Positions 24,196 to 38,107 of a DNA stretch of 64,000 nt are shown here, piece after piece (position 1 is the stretch's first letter; each line of letters begins with the position of its first letter). Below the pieces are notes generated by a model that saw nothing but the letters and a program-made list of their open reading frames with translations, did no database searches and was not told the DNA's origin. Origin of the DNA: Octopus sinensis (lineage: Eukaryota); contig NC_042997.1 in assembly GCF_006345805.1 (NCBI RefSeq), forward strand, positions 114,142,001 to 114,206,000, written 5' to 3'. Made by a program: the position numbers and the translations under genes.

Positions 24196-26409
24196 ACAAT
24201 TATTTCTTTAATAACCCAGAAAACTCTACTAATATTTTGTGTTTTGGTCTTCAGTATTTTTGCAGATTCCTGCAGAAATATGAAGTCAGGAGTAATCTAT
24301 ATTTTTCATTGTCTTTTAATTTGAGAATTGTGTTTAAAGTTGGCAACAAAATTCACCATTTTATGTAATAACTCAGTTCATATCAGGCTGCATTTTATGT
24401 GTAGTGGTAAAATATTTGTTATTCTGTGAGTAAATATTGTTCCATCAGTGGAGACATTTTGTCTCAGCTCTTTCTTTCTTTCTTGGCTCACTCTTCCATC
24501 TTGTCTACTCACTGCGCCCCCCCCCACCGTCATTCCTTATCAAGATTTATTACATTTTTCTTTGTTTTATGCTCTATTTTCATCCATTTGTATTTTATTT
24601 TTTCCCTACTAAATTCAATTCTTCTCTGCTGTGTTCTCAAAAGTTTTTTTTTTATAATAGTAGTAGTAGTAGTAGTAGTAGTAATAATAATAATCCATTC
24701 TGCTAAAGGCACAAGGCCTAAATTTTTTGGGGGAGGGGACATAATTTATTCCACCCCCCCAAGGATGAAGGGTAAAGCTGACCTCCACGAAATATACCTT
24801 AAACCAAAGATCACCAAAATGTTATCAGACTGACAGAATCAATAGAGTGTCAGATAAAGTACCCTGCAGTAATTTAGTTGTATTCCTTTACACTCCAAGT
24901 TTGAATTCAGCTGAAGCTGGCTGTTAACATCTGATGGCTAAATGGTATCAGATGGTGCAGGGTGGGGGGTGATCTAATGTGTGGCTTTGTGCTTTTGTTA
25001 GAAATGAGTATTTAATTAAATATTATTGTCTGCTTTGGCAGCATTTCTACAGCGCAGTGCCCTTCCTAATGCCAAATACTTTACAACATCTAGTGAGTGT
25101 TTTATTTGTGCCACCATCACAAGGCTGCAAACTGAGGTGATGGTGGAGGTAGTGGTTTTTATACTAGGAGATGACAAGTTAAAGTATGAGGGAAAGGGCC
25201 AGAGCAGAACAGGAGTTTCTTGTTGTAGAGGAGTTATATGCCTTCTCTCATTTTAGAAGAGAGTAGGGGTGCAACTGGGAAGAAATACAAATAGTGGTGA
25301 TGAGGTGGCTGGTTGGACCCTCAAGGTATGAGGTGAGTACAAATGAGTAAGGACAGAGGAACCAAGAGTAGAAATAGGTTGAGGGTGCAAGAGTAGGGGG
25401 GGAAGTAAGAGATGAGGAATGGGTGAGGAGGGGAGAAGTAGGTGAGAACTGTAAAGATTGGGTAGGGTTGAAGGGTGGATAAGGAGTGAGGGCCGACCAG
25501 TGGTGCAGGAGTTGGGGAAGGTAGGGCAGAGCAGGAGATGACTGACTGACTTTAGAAAAAAGGGGGTGAAGAGCTGCAGAATATATATCATTTATATAGG
25601 TGAAGAGCTGCTGTTTATATATCATTTTTCTTGTTTAATATTTCAAGTAATTATAAAAAATAAAATTCTATTTCAAATATTCTAATTGCTGTTTACTGTA
25701 TGACATACTATGTATGTCTTTCTTTTTTTCCTTCACAGACAAAGCACTGATTTTTTTTTCTTCTTTGCATCATTTACATTGCTGAAAAAAAAATTGGATT
25801 TTTAACTGTTTAATCTCTAAGTATAGCGTAATTGAAATTGTTGAAAAATTACCGAAAGTATACACCACTGTTAAGAATGATGATATAAAGAGCTTAATAT
25901 TGATGGCTAGGGACAGGTTAACATGTAATCAATATTGATTAGATAGTAGTCGATATTGATTTATTTTTCATTTAATAGAATCATTCTTAAATACCAAGTT
26001 AAGAAGTATTTTTGTTTTTGTTTTGCTTTGTAAGTTTTCATATATAAATATTAGTGTATAGTGACTGCAGATTGGGAGTTGATACTGAGCAATAAGCAGA
26101 AAAATTGTGTGTTTGCTTGTGATCCAGGACTTAATTCTCAACAGCCGAGTTCATTTTACTTTTAATTACTGCAGAAGGTAACAATTCTTGTAAACAGAAA
26201 CATTAATGACTTGCAGTGGTTTTGTTAGCTTACTTTACTGGGTTCAATTCCCTCTGTAGACTTGGGGAATATAGCAGGAATCACTCAAGTGTATTTCTCT
26301 TTTGGACAACCCAGCAAACATCTCAACTACATAGCTACACCTGCTCCTCTTACAAAATGCAGAGATATAATTGGACCTTTTTAAAAAAAAAGCCTTGATG
26401 AACATAGTA

Positions 26410-26477
26410 GATCAGTATATATATTTTATTATAAATCTTTTCTGATCAGTATATATATTTTATTATAAATCTTTTCT
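26410..26477. repeat. Perfect 34-bp tandem duplication
   Basis: GATCAGTATATATATTTTATTATAAATCTTTTCT x2. Confidence 0.95.
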
Positions 26478-26497
26478 ATGTTGAACAAATCATTTTC

Positions 26498-26995
26498 TCA
26501 GCACCATATGAGTGTGATTGTTGACAGAGCGGCTAACCGGCTTCCATGCCAGTGGCACATAAAAGGGCACCATTCAAGTGTGATTGTTACCAGCGTCGCC
26601 TTACTAGCACTTGTGCCCGTGCTAGTAGGGTGCCAAGAGCACTATCCGAGCGTGATCGTTGCCAGAGCAGCCAACTGGCTGGTGGCACATAAAAGGGCAC
26701 CATTCGAGCGTGATCGTTACCAACGTCGCCTTTCTGGTACCTGTGCCAGTGGCATGTGTAAAAAGATTCGGGCGAGGTCATTGCCAGTACCGCCTGACTG
26801 GCTCCCGTGCCGGTGGCACGTAAAAGACACCCACTACACTCTCGGAGTGGTTGGCATTAGGAAGGGCATCCAGCTGTAGAAATTCTGCCAGATCAGATTG
26901 GAGCCTGGTGCAGCCTTCTGGCTCACCAGTCCTCAGTCAAACCGTCCAACCTATGCTAGCATGGAAAGCAGACGTTAAACGATGATAATGATGAT
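26498..26995 (+). mobile_element. RTE 3' tail (family C) with about 5 internal units
   Basis: Same unit structure as 13170-13620. Confidence 0.9.
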
Positions 26996-28074
26996 CCACG
27001 ACAGGCATTTTCTTGCTCTTAATGTTCCTGCATGTTATTCTTTGTGAGGATCTTGCAAAAGATGGTAGCTGTAGTATAGTAGTTCTTAGCAGATACTTGC
27101 TGGAATATGGAGGGGAACTGTCTCTGTTCACCTCAAAGTACTACATTACCAGCAATTATGTTTAATTATATAATGATAATCTGTCGAACAGTTAAAAATA
27201 TAATGAAAACGCATTTTAAATTTAATTAAAATCTTTTTCACGCAATGTTGTCACTAAAACGATTGTCTTAGTTTATTTAATTCATGAATTATTGGAATAG
27301 CTCATCTGATTTGATGTACTGAACATGCAAGCAAGCACTCATATGTATGCACACGTTCACACACACTTGTATATACACATCTATGCATATGCACACAGAT
27401 GTGCACATGTGTACATACATGTACACATGTACATACATGCATGTGCACACACATATGCAGTGAGAGAGAGAAAGAGAGAGAGAGAGATGTGTTGTTGGTT
27501 TATTAATATTTCTGTCATTAACCCATGCGTGATCATATTTCTAATGAAATGAGTTGTCCATGCGTTTCAATTAATTTTGAAAATAATCACCAAAAGTATG
27601 GCAGGATTTAGTAAATTAACTAACTTTTCCATTACTAAGCTACTGTTTGGAACATAACAAAAAATTGTTAAATAAAATTGGTAATATCTATTTGAATAAT
27701 AGCTGATATAAATGTTGGTTGGTTGCTTGGTTGATTTCTACAGGCATTGTTCACATAATATAGAGAGAGTGAGAGAGTTGACATAAGAAGTGCAGGAAGA
27801 GTGCACATACTAAGCTTGGCAGCAGGCAGTGAGTTAGAGAATACTACATACACACATAGAGTTAAGAGAAAGAATCATAGAGACAGAAGAGGAAAGGGAG
27901 TATATGACAGGGTAGTTACAGGAGAAGTTATACAAACAAGAAATTTGTTTTATTTAATTTTGTTTATGGTAATAAATACTTTTCTTCTCAAAATTAATCT
28001 TACCTATGGCAACAAAAGTATATTTCTAAAGCTACTCCTCATATGATGACGAGTAATGCTTTTGCTTAAATATA

Positions 28075-28443
28075 AGGTGCAGGCATGGATGTGTGGTAAG
28101 AAGTTTGCTTCTCAACCACTTGGTCCAGGGTTCAGTCCCATAGCATGGTGCCTTGGACAAGTGTCTTTTACTAAAGCTTTTGGCTGACCAAAGCCGTGGG
28201 CCAGCCAAAGCCTTGTGAATGGATTTGATAGATGGAAACTGAAAGAAGCCCATCTTGTGTGTGTGTGTGTGTCCCTGATGACTGCTTGACAGCCAGTGTC
28301 AATGTGTTTATGTCTCTGTAACATAGCAGTTCATCAAAAGAGGCTGATAGAATAAGTACTGGGATTGATTGATTCAACAAAAATTCTTCAAGATGATGCC
28401 CCAGTATGGCCGTAGTCTTATAACTGAAACAAGTAAAAGATAA
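28075..28443 (+). mobile_element. SINE family B
   Basis: Head, (TG)n and ACTGAAACAAGTAAAAGA tail. Confidence 0.88.
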
Positions 28444-29372
28444 ATTACGAGTAAATTAAAACTAGTTTGTGCCGTAGTAATAAATGGTTTTAGTGAGGTG
28501 GTTTTAGGCAGGTTGGTATGAAAAGGGTTAAACTTGTATGAGGAGAGTGCTAAGTAAGTAGTATTTAAATGTAACATTGGATATTCTGCTTTGCAGAGTT
28601 TGTTAAATATCCAAGTTTTTTTTTCCTTTCCTTTCTTTTCTATTCTCTTCCTGCCTGTTTTGTAGGAAAAGGAAGTTTATGCATCAAATACTAGTTCAAC
28701 TGGAGATTTACCAAGTCTAAAATTAGCAAACATCTATGTTTTATTTATTCTTACTTTCAGGTTTGTTTGTGTCTTTTTCATTTTACCCTGTAAAAACTTT
28801 ATCCTCCAAAAGCAAGGAATCCAATTAAATTAGGTTGTCGTCTAAGTTGACTAATCTTCATATTGGGAGGGAGAAAAAATGCGTTATCTGTAATAAGGAT
28901 GTTATTTTTTTTTTCCTTGCTTCTTAACATAGAAATGGGTTTGTGTTTCTGTTGAAATATGTAGCATAATCAGAATGAAATAAATCTTACTGCTCTGCTG
29001 TGTTTATCTCTTAACTTTCCTCAAATTTACAGAAATATGAGCTCATCGCTTCTTCTTTCATCTAATACTACAAACCTCATCATTTACTCTAAATATTTTG
29101 TTAATGGTGGCAAGTTGTTTTGTTTATTTCTTTAAAGCATTTTAGACTCTTTTTTTTTTTCATATTTCTAAACCTTTTCCTCGCTAACTTGGGTGGGAAA
29201 ATAATTCATGTGATGCATACAAAACAGTGAGAATCCAAGCAATAATGTATCTATTCATTCTCGATACATTCTGGGAGATTCGAATGTGAATATGTTGATT
29301 GCTGTTAGAGGACACTTCATTCCTTTACATGACCTGTTTTTATAAGACACGTGATTCATTGATGTAAGGGAG

Positions 29373-29421
29373 CTTTGAGACACCATGCTGTTTTGACTTT
29401 GTTCAGTCTCCTCAGTCAAAG
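29373..29421 (-). ncRNA. Type I hammerhead ribozyme motif, G12 mutated
   Basis: Minus strand: CTTTGA-CTGAGGA-GACT-GAACAA-AGTC-aAAA-CAGCATGGTG-TC^TCAAAG. Confidence 0.75.
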
Positions 29422-29709
29422 TTACCCCAGATCAATGAATTTAACTAGATTACTAGTTCCTATTTATAGAAATCAGCAAACATATGATTTGTTGAGGTAT
29501 GCTGATGTCTGCCAAACAGATAATAATTCCTGGGTGCCTGCAGAGCATCAAGAATCCAAATGACAGCATATCTATTCATTCTCGATATGTTCTAGTAGAT
29601 TTGAATAGAATTATACTGATTGCTGTTGTATTTCATCACTGGAGAACACCACCTCACTTTAAATGATGAGTGTTCATGGCACACAGGATTCATTGACCTA
29701 AGGCAACTT

Positions 29710-29750
29710 TGAGACTCTAGTGTTTCGACCTTATTGTGTCTCTTCAGTCA
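29710..29750 (-). ncRNA. Type I hammerhead ribozyme motif, intact core, short stem I
   Basis: Minus strand: TGA-CTGAAGA-GAC-ACAATAAG-GTC-GAAA-CACTAGAG-TC^TCA. Confidence 0.8.
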
Positions 29751-30759
29751 CCCTGGATGAGTTAATCTAAAATCTTGATTTACAGAAATCAACAAACAAA
29801 TGATACATTCGTACAGGAAGTTAACTCATTTAATGTCAGAATAGGTTTTTACAGTAAAAAAAAAAAAAAGGGCTTAAATATAATGAAGTTAACTTTTATT
29901 TATGATGATCGGTATAATGTTTACTTTTTCTGTATAAATTTACTAAAACCATTAAATGGTTAACTACTTTTTGAAGTCTGACGTATCAAAGGTTCCGACA
30001 AGGACAAGCGGAAAATCAGAGCTTGAGACAAGAAGATGCTTTCAACCAATCAGAATTCTGTTTACACAATCAGTTTGATTATCAGCTTTGTTTTTGTTCA
30101 TAATTCTTATCAACAACTTTTCCTGTGATTGTGATTGAGAATACATACAGCAGTATGCTAAACATCGGACATAATCTCTTGTGGACAAACACTTTGAAAT
30201 TTAAGAGCTTTTAATGTGATACCTGCTAAAACAGAAATTGTTTGCATTTAATGAAAATTTAATAAAATCTAATCATAAGTAATTGAAATGATGCTAAATA
30301 CAACTAAATTGAAAACTTTTTTCCCCTGGCCATATCAGCAATTCTGAAAACTTTTGGGTGCGATTTCTACAGTAGAAGCTTTTTTTAACAAATTTTATCC
30401 TGAAAATCACCTGCGTAAATTACACAGGTGTGCAAATTACATGGTTTTTTTTTTACAGTATTTTAAATTGGTTAAAGTACTTGTTGACCTCACTACGTTA
30501 TGTTTGTCTACAGTTCACTGTCATCATCATCATAATTTAATGTCCACTTTTCCATGCTTGTATGGATCAGATGGAATTTGTTAGGGCAGACATTTTATGG
30601 CTGGATGCTCTTCCTGTTTCCAAATGAAGTAATATTTTCTTTTGACCAGACAATTCATGGAAGAAGGAAAACGAACAACTTCATTTGAATGACAATGTTG
30701 CTCATTTGCAACTATCACGTGTTGTCAAGACAATGGTACACACATATGCACCCCTCTCA

Positions 30760-30920
30760 TACACACACGTGTGAAGGGTTTCTTTCAGTTTCCATCCACC
30801 AAATCCACTCGCAAAGCTTTGGTTAGTCTGAGACTATAGAAGATATTTGTCCAAGGTGCAGGACAGTGGGACTGAACCCAGCACCACATGGTTGGAAGCA
30901 ACCACACAGCCATGCCTGTA
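30760..30920 (-). mobile_element. SINE family B 5' half
   Basis: TTCTTTCAGTTTCC...GGGACTGAACCC...ACCACACAGCCATGCCTG. Confidence 0.8.
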
Positions 30921-31851
30921 CCTGTCTAATAATAATAACAACCTTCTTCCCTCCGGATATGTCATCTTTTTTTACTATTATATCATATTTCCAGCCACTT
31001 TACATCACTTGCATTATCAGTTTGTGTTAGTTATGTGCGTACATTTGTCATTTGTTGGTGTTTCTGTATAAATGTGTATTATTTCTCTTGTGTAGCTATT
31101 GAGATTAGAGTTTATCCTCAACAGCTAGTATTCTCATGTGTAAGCAGGTGCTCTGGAACTTTCTATTGATTGTGGACAGTTGCCATTATTTCTGGTCAGT
31201 ATACGAGTGGCAAGAAACTGATGACATTCTACCAATATCATTGGTGATCTCATTGGTTTAGAGCATTGATTTATATTTTGTTACTTTTACTATCAGTTGA
31301 ACTGGTTTCCATAATTGCCTTTATTCATTAGTCTTCCACCTATCAATCCACTCACACCTGTCTGTTTTTATATTATTTGTAAGGTTTACATTTTCCAAGG
31401 TTTTTCATGTAGTTCCTTTTTTTTCTTTTTTCTGTATTTTTCTCTCCATATTTTCCTTTGTCAGTTGTGTCTGTTACAAGCTCATGTTACTAGTTTTTTC
31501 TCTCTGCAAACGTCATCCGTTTTCATTTTCATTCAGATTCCAGTCAAGAGAAGTCATTAAAGATAGTTGTTATTCTATAAAGGTGAGATTTAAATAAAAT
31601 CTATAAATATTGATTTCAAATGCTGATTGTAACCCTTCTAGCTTAACGATCATTTTAACATCTACTTGTCTGTACTTGCATGGGTTGGACATAGTATTTA
31701 ATGAGAAAGATTTTCTATGGCCAGATTAGTCTTTCTCTTGCTAACACTCAACTGTTTCTTAGCAAGGTAATATTTCCCAATGGCCATATATGTTTGGTCA
31801 GTTTGAGGCTCTATTAGAAGACACTTGATCACGGTACCATGAAGTGGGATA

Positions 31852-32083
31852 AGGCGGTGAGCTGGCAGAAGCGTTAGCACGTCGGGCGAAATGCTTAGCG
31901 GTATTTTGTCTGCCGCTACAGTCTGTGTTCAAATTCCGCCGAGGTCAACTTTGCCTTTCATCCTTTTGGGGTCAATTAAATAAGTACCAGTTACACACTG
32001 GGGTTGATGTAATCGACTTAATCCGTTTGTCTGTCCTTGTTTGTCCCCTCTGTGTTTAGCCCCTTGTGGGTAGTAAAGAAATA
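31852..32083 (+). mobile_element. SINE family A nested in a minus-strand SINE B
   Basis: 17-bp TSD GGTACCATGAAGTGGGA duplicated from the B sequence. Confidence 0.92.
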
Positions 32084-32559
32084 GGTACCATGAAGTGGGA
32101 CTGAACCTGGAACCAAGTGGTTGGAAAACAAACTTCTTAACCACACAGCCACACTTGTGCTTACTATAGTTAATTAAATACTAATTAATTACATTCTGTT
32201 TAATTTCTTAAAATTTAAAGATCAGAAATACATACTGTCAGTTCATTTAGAACTTCAGTATCTGCTTTCAATCAATACACCTACGCAATTTTTTTTTCCT
32301 CTAGTCAGTCTTTTTATAACTAAATCTAAAGCAAGAATTTTGAAAGCAAAACAGAAACACGTTGCTTCTGAAATTAAAAGGTCATTAATTTTAGATATGT
32401 TGTTGTATGACATCATGAAAATACTTTTAAATTTGATTAAATATATTAGCTGCACATATCTTTTTAAAATATCAGAATCGAGTTAAGTTGATTAATATAG
32501 CCAAGTTTTTTCTTATGGCAATAGTGTGATAATGGTTGCTTTCGTCTCATGAGAGGATT

Positions 32560-33037
32560 TAAAGTTGCACTGTGTAGCACTTTGTGTGTCTTCTGTTATA
32601 GCTCCGGGCTGAGCAAAGCCTTGTCAGTGGAATTGGTAGACAGAAATTGCAAGAAGCCCGTCATATTATATATTTATATATATAGTTATGATATATTTGT
32701 GTGTGTATGTTTTGTGTCTATTTGTCCCTACCATCATCGCTTGATAACCAATGTTGGTGTGGTTATGTCCTTGTAACTTAGCAGTTCGGCAAAATAGACT
32801 GATAGAATAAGTACTAGGTATACAAAGAATAAGACCTAGGGTTGATTTCTTCGACTAAAAGTATATATATATATATATATATAGGCGTAGGAGTAGCTGT
32901 GTGGTAAGTAGCTTACTTACGAACCACATGATTCAGGGTTCAGTCCCACTGAATGGTACCTTGGCCAAGGTCTTCTACTATATCCGCAGGCCAACCAAAG
33001 CCTTGTGAGTGGATTTGGTAGAACTGAAAGAAGCCCG

Positions 33038-33122
<85 letters not shown>

Positions 33123-33323
33123 TATGTGTGTATGTGTTTGTTCCCCCAACATCGCTTGACAACCAATGCTGGTGTGTTTATGTCCCCGTAACTTAGTGGT
33201 TCAGCAAAAGAGACTGATAGAATAAGTACTAGGCTTACAAAAAATAAGTCCTGGGGTTGATTTGCTCGACTAGAAAGGGCGGTACTCCAGCATGGCCACA
33301 GTCAAATGACTGAAACGAGTAAA

Positions 33324-33327
<4 letters not shown>
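32560..33327 (+). mobile_element. Two adjacent SINE B copies (about 32560-32860 and 32883-33327)
   Basis: Second copy is full length with an internal (TA)n of about 70 bp at 33041-33112. Confidence 0.9.
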
Positions 33328-33366
<39 letters not shown>

Positions 33367-33419
33367 TAAAAAGAATTCCAACCTTGTCTGATTTTCACGT
33401 TTTATTTACAATCTTATAA

Positions 33420-33592
33420 TGATATATTATAAGATAATATATTATAATTGAATAAAATAAAATGAAATAGTAGAATGTTAAATATTCATTCTGATTTATA
33501 TATATAGTTTATATTATATATTATAATATATTATAATATAGTTTATATTATATATATAGTTTATATTATATAGTCTGATTATATATATAGTT
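33420..33592. repeat. AT-rich degenerate minisatellite
   Basis: Repeated TATATAGTTTATATTATA units. Confidence 0.75.
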
Positions 33593-35124
33593 ACTCAGTG
33601 AGAAATCGCTTTTTCTTGCATCAATAATTTTTATACTTCATGAAATTTACTTACATTGAACAAATGAAAGGCTTTTACAGTTCCTAAAAACAGGTCAAAT
33701 CACAGCATAAGGACATACTGGACAACGTAGTCTAAGATATGGTTGCAGGTGGAATGCCTTCAAGGGCTGCTTGTTTATTGATGCCCTAGGGCTAAAGTGT
33801 ATCAACAGCTTAGACTTAGCCATCAACAGTACACTGCTCATAATTTCCTTCAGTTTGTTGGTTGGTCAATTGTTTATTCACTTGGCCCAGGTATGACTCA
33901 TCCAAAGTCTACAGGTGCTTGATATTAACATGATCAGCCTTATATTAAAAACAACTTTTTTGTATGATTATGGATTCTGTATAGACTTTCAGTTTATACC
34001 CCATGTTGCCTGCTACTGGTGCTGCTTCAACTGTTATTTCCACCCAGCAAACAAAAAATTAGGTGTGTCTGTTTGAGATTAGTTTGTACACTTGATTAAT
34101 TGACTAAATATGTCTGTCTTTTTTCTGATAAATTATTGAAACCAGGAAATACAAATGTTTTATCAATGACTTGATTAAAAAAAGAAATAAATGAATGAAT
34201 AAAATCCTGTTTATTGTGTTGCTCTTGAAATTCACTGTCTTTGTTTTTGATTAATTTATTGAATTTAGTAAAATAACTTCTTATTAAATTGGTGTTTGGA
34301 ACCTAAATTAACAAAAAATTTTGATGGAAGGTTTTAATTAGATCACTCGAACCCTTTTCAAACCCATATTTCTGTTCAATTAATTTGAAAATATTGAATT
34401 TTTTAGAATGACTTTGTCATTATCAAGCTCATATTTGAAACCTGATTTAACATGAAAACTTCAGGAAAAAGTTTTGGCAACATTTTACAGCTGGATGCCC
34501 TTCCAAATACCAACCACTCAGCAGAGTGGACTTAGCGCTTTTTACATAGCACAAGCACAGGTGAGGTCAGATTTGGCAAGGTTTATACAGTTGGATGCCC
34601 TTCCAAACACCGACCACTTTACAGTGTGGACTGAGTGCTTTTAAGTGGTACCTGCACTGACAAAGTCACCAATTACTTGCAAGCCAAAAAAACAAAAATA
34701 ACACTTTCAAGAGGGGAGGGCAATTGGAGGAGGTGATCTTGTGTTGGATGTTGAAAGGTTATTGTGTGGCAGAGAGACAGAAACAGGTGTCTTGCTGTAG
34801 ATGTGGTACAAGGTTACCTGGTCGTAGAGAGAGATCAGGAATGAAGACAGAAACAGGTGCGCTACTGCAAAGGAAATATACAATTACCCAACCTGAGGGA
34901 AGTGCAGGAGGAGAGAGAGTTAGTGACAGCAGGATAGAGATGGTGGCAAAATGCTGGGCATACTCACAAGGGACAGGGATCAGAATACAAATGGAATAGT
35001 TGTGTAAAGGATGTGAGAGATATAGATGGTGGCAAGTGCCAGAGGTTCGAATCCCATAATATAAGTGTTATTAGGAATTCGTTATTATGTAAAAGTGTTG
35101 TAAGTCCACAGTCCAATATATATT

Positions 35125-35540
35125 TTCTTTTACTTGTTTCAGTCATTTGACTACAGCCATGCTGGAGCACCGCATTTAGTTGAACAAATTGAACCCAAGA
35201 CTTATTCTTTGTAAGCCTAGTACTTATTCTATTGGTCTCTTTTTGCCGAACCAAGTGATGGGGATGTAAACACACCAGCATCAGTTGTCAAGCAATGGTG
35301 GAGGGACAGAGGCACAAATAACAAATACACACACATATGCATGCACACACACACGATGGGCTTCTTCCGGTTTCTGTCTACCAATCCACTCACAAGGCTT
35401 TGGTTGGCCCGAGGCTATAGTAGAAGATACAAGATACTTGCTCAAGGTGCCATGCAGTGGGACTGAACCTGGAACATTGTGGTTGGGAAGTGAGCTTCTT
35501 ACCTTACAGCTGTTCCTGCGCTTATAAGCCACTCCTGTGC
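35125..35540 (-). mobile_element. SINE family B, full length
   Basis: Reverse complement of 19714-20126. Confidence 0.9.
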
Positions 35541-36069
35541 ATATATATATATATTTCGTTGCTATTATGCAAAAGTGTTGTAAGTCCAAAATGTTGATTT
35601 TTCAGGAAATGAAAATATAGTTTCACCATTCCATAGCACTTTGATAATTTTCATATCTTGGCATCTGAAGCAGCTGGAGATACAATAGTCTGACCAAAAG
35701 AACTAGCTATTGCAAGCACAAATATTGAAAAAAACATTTGGCTAAATTTGAACATACAACAGTTTAACATGATAGCAACGAATTGTATAAATGTATAAAA
35801 ATATTTTGTAGAATTATTACCAATTCATTGCACATAAATTTTAACAAAGTCTTGAATGGAGCCCAGCTGAGAACCACTGATTTACGTTGAGACTTTGATA
35901 GAATGTTCTCTGCAGTAGAAGCTGGACTTCCTCATTGAGAAGTGAACTTCTTAACTACTGAAAGTGTTTCTGCTGTGACCTTGAAACAGAGGTACATTCT
36001 CAGCTTTTAAAGGTCTGTAACAACACTATATCTGTCAGATATAGGTGACTATATAGTAACAAACTTGTT

Positions 36070-36410
36070 ATCATCATCATCATCGTTTAACGTCCGTTTT
36101 CCATGCTAGCATGGGTTGGACAGTTCAACTGGGGTCTGGGAAGCCAGCAGCTGCACCAGGCCCCAGTCTGATCTGGCAGTGTTTCTACAGCTAGATGCCA
36201 TTCCTAACGCCAACCACTCCATGAGTGTAGTGGGTGCTTTTTACGTGCCACCGGCACAGGGGCCAGAGGAGGCTGGTGAACAGCCATGATCGGTTGGTGC
36301 TTTTATGTGTCACCGACACGGACGCCAGTCAGGCAGTGCTGGCACCAAACCACATTCGAACGGTGCTTTTTATGTGTCACCGGCACGGGTATCTTAACTA
36401 CAATTTCCAA
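36070..36410 (-). mobile_element. RTE 3' tail (family C)
   Basis: (CAT)n-CGTTTAACGTCCG... plus internal units. Confidence 0.9.
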
Positions 36411-36848
36411 TTCAACAATAGTTTTTCAGGTAAAGGTAATCACATGATAGGTTTGCTTGTTCATTTAATGTCCGTTTCCAGGCTGGCATGGATGAGATGG
36501 GGACTTCTTTGTGACAATATTTTATAGCCACATGGCGTTCCTCTTGCCAATCCTTACCAGTTTTTGAAGTAAAAGATTTTTTTTATTCCACTAGGTCTTT
36601 GCATGTGCAAACTGATGAACCATGATGTCAATAAGGAATTTAATAAATATTATATTCCTGTTGTTTCATTTCACATATTATCACGCAAAACAGTGGAATG
36701 CTAACAAATACATATGTGATGCACTTCCATGCAGTTTTTGTCTACCAAATTCACTCACAAGACATTGGTTGGTCAGGGGTTTTAGAAGATATTTGCCCCA
36801 AATTCCTCACTGTGGAACTGAATCTGAAACCATATGGTTGCAAACATC

Positions 36849-37057
36849 TTAACCCTTTCGATACCAACCCAGTTGAAACTGCCTCTGGCTCTGTAGTACA
36901 AATGTCTTGTTTTTGTAAGTTCTGAATTAAAATCTTCCACCAGACCTTAGTCACAATTTATGTTCCTAACACTAGCTGAATGATGACTGTTATTTTACTA
37001 AATTAATTGAAAGAAACAGAGAGCATCTCCAAATAAATATGGTAATGAAAGGGTTAA
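36849..37057 (+). mobile_element. TTAA MITE type 2 inserted in SINE B
   Basis: TTAA-CCCTTTCGATACC ... GGTAATGAAAGGG-TTAA; the B sequence continues on both sides. Confidence 0.88.
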
Positions 37058-37511
37058 ACCACACAGCTATGTCTTCACATCAACATAATTATACAAGATA
37101 CATTTAAGCACTGACCACATATGTAGAGATTGGGGTGGACTGGTGAGATTGTTAGTGTTGGGCATGTTGTTGGCTCTTTTGTGGCTCTTAGTCATCTCCT
37201 CCTCATTTAACATCTGCACTGGCATCTGTGCTGGCATGGGTTGAATGATTCGACAGGAGCTTGTAAGCTGGAGAGCCACACCAGGCTCCAGTTATCTGTT
37301 TTGACATGGTTTCTACAGCTCGATGCTTTTCTGAACACCAACCACTTTACAGAGTGCACTGGGTGCTTTTTGCATGGCACCAGCGTGCGTGTGTTTTGCA
37401 ATGACACTGATACCAAGCTGTATTGGTCCAAGTTGGGATCCTTTCCCTTAAATAAACATCAGTGGTGTGAAGGGAAGAGGCATGCATGCATATGCAGCTG
37501 CTAGTCTTCCT

Positions 37512-37738
37512 TTAACCCTTTAGCATTCAGATTACTCTGTCAAATGTAAAGCCTGTTTAATCACATTGTTTTAAAAATAATTGTACAGCATCTTGTAATT
37601 CTGAGATTTTAATGATGTCCGTTTATTTTTAGAATGACTTTGTAGGGTAGGTGTGAGAGGTCTGAGCTGGTTGGTTTGAGCATAAAACAGGAAGACAATT
37701 TTGGCCTGATATGGCCGGTTTAAACACTAAATGGTTAA
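37512..37738 (+). mobile_element. TTAA MITE type 1
   Basis: TTAA-CCCTTTAGCATT ... AACACTAAATGG-TTAA. Confidence 0.85.
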
Positions 37739-38103
37739 AAGGAAAAGTCCAGGCCTGCACATGTGAGCAGTTGCATGGTTCACCTTGACCAGTGGGAGTG
37801 GTGCATTACAAACTAAAAGTGAACTTGATTTGGCTACTTTGGTTCATGTTGTCTTATCAATTAAGTTATGCTGATTATACACAAATTATCTAAATGAATT
37901 ATAATTGTAGCTATTGAATTAAGTTTTGACTGATGTGAATATAATTCAGTTATTGTCATTTCAGTAAGCAATTAAATTTAACTAAAAAAAAAAAGAGAAA
38001 AAATATTCATTTAGAATTTTAAATCAGCCAATAAGTAAAGAAAAAGAATATTGCAAATGAATATCTAATCAATATTAATATTTTAAGTGTTTTACAGTTT
38101 GGC

Positions 38104-38107
<4 letters not shown>

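Larger units (their letters stand above)
29200..29805 (-). mobile_element. Tandem ~320-335 bp dimer with one hammerhead per unit (non-LTR retrozyme-like)
   Basis: Diverged direct repeat (TATCTATTCATTCTCGATA and GATTCATTGA each occur twice); HHR folds at equivalent positions 334 nt apart. Confidence 0.8.

Noticed and set aside
25248-25625. Pro/Ser/Leu-rich 125-aa ORF
   Set aside because: An artefact of a purine-rich low-complexity strand; no domain recognised.
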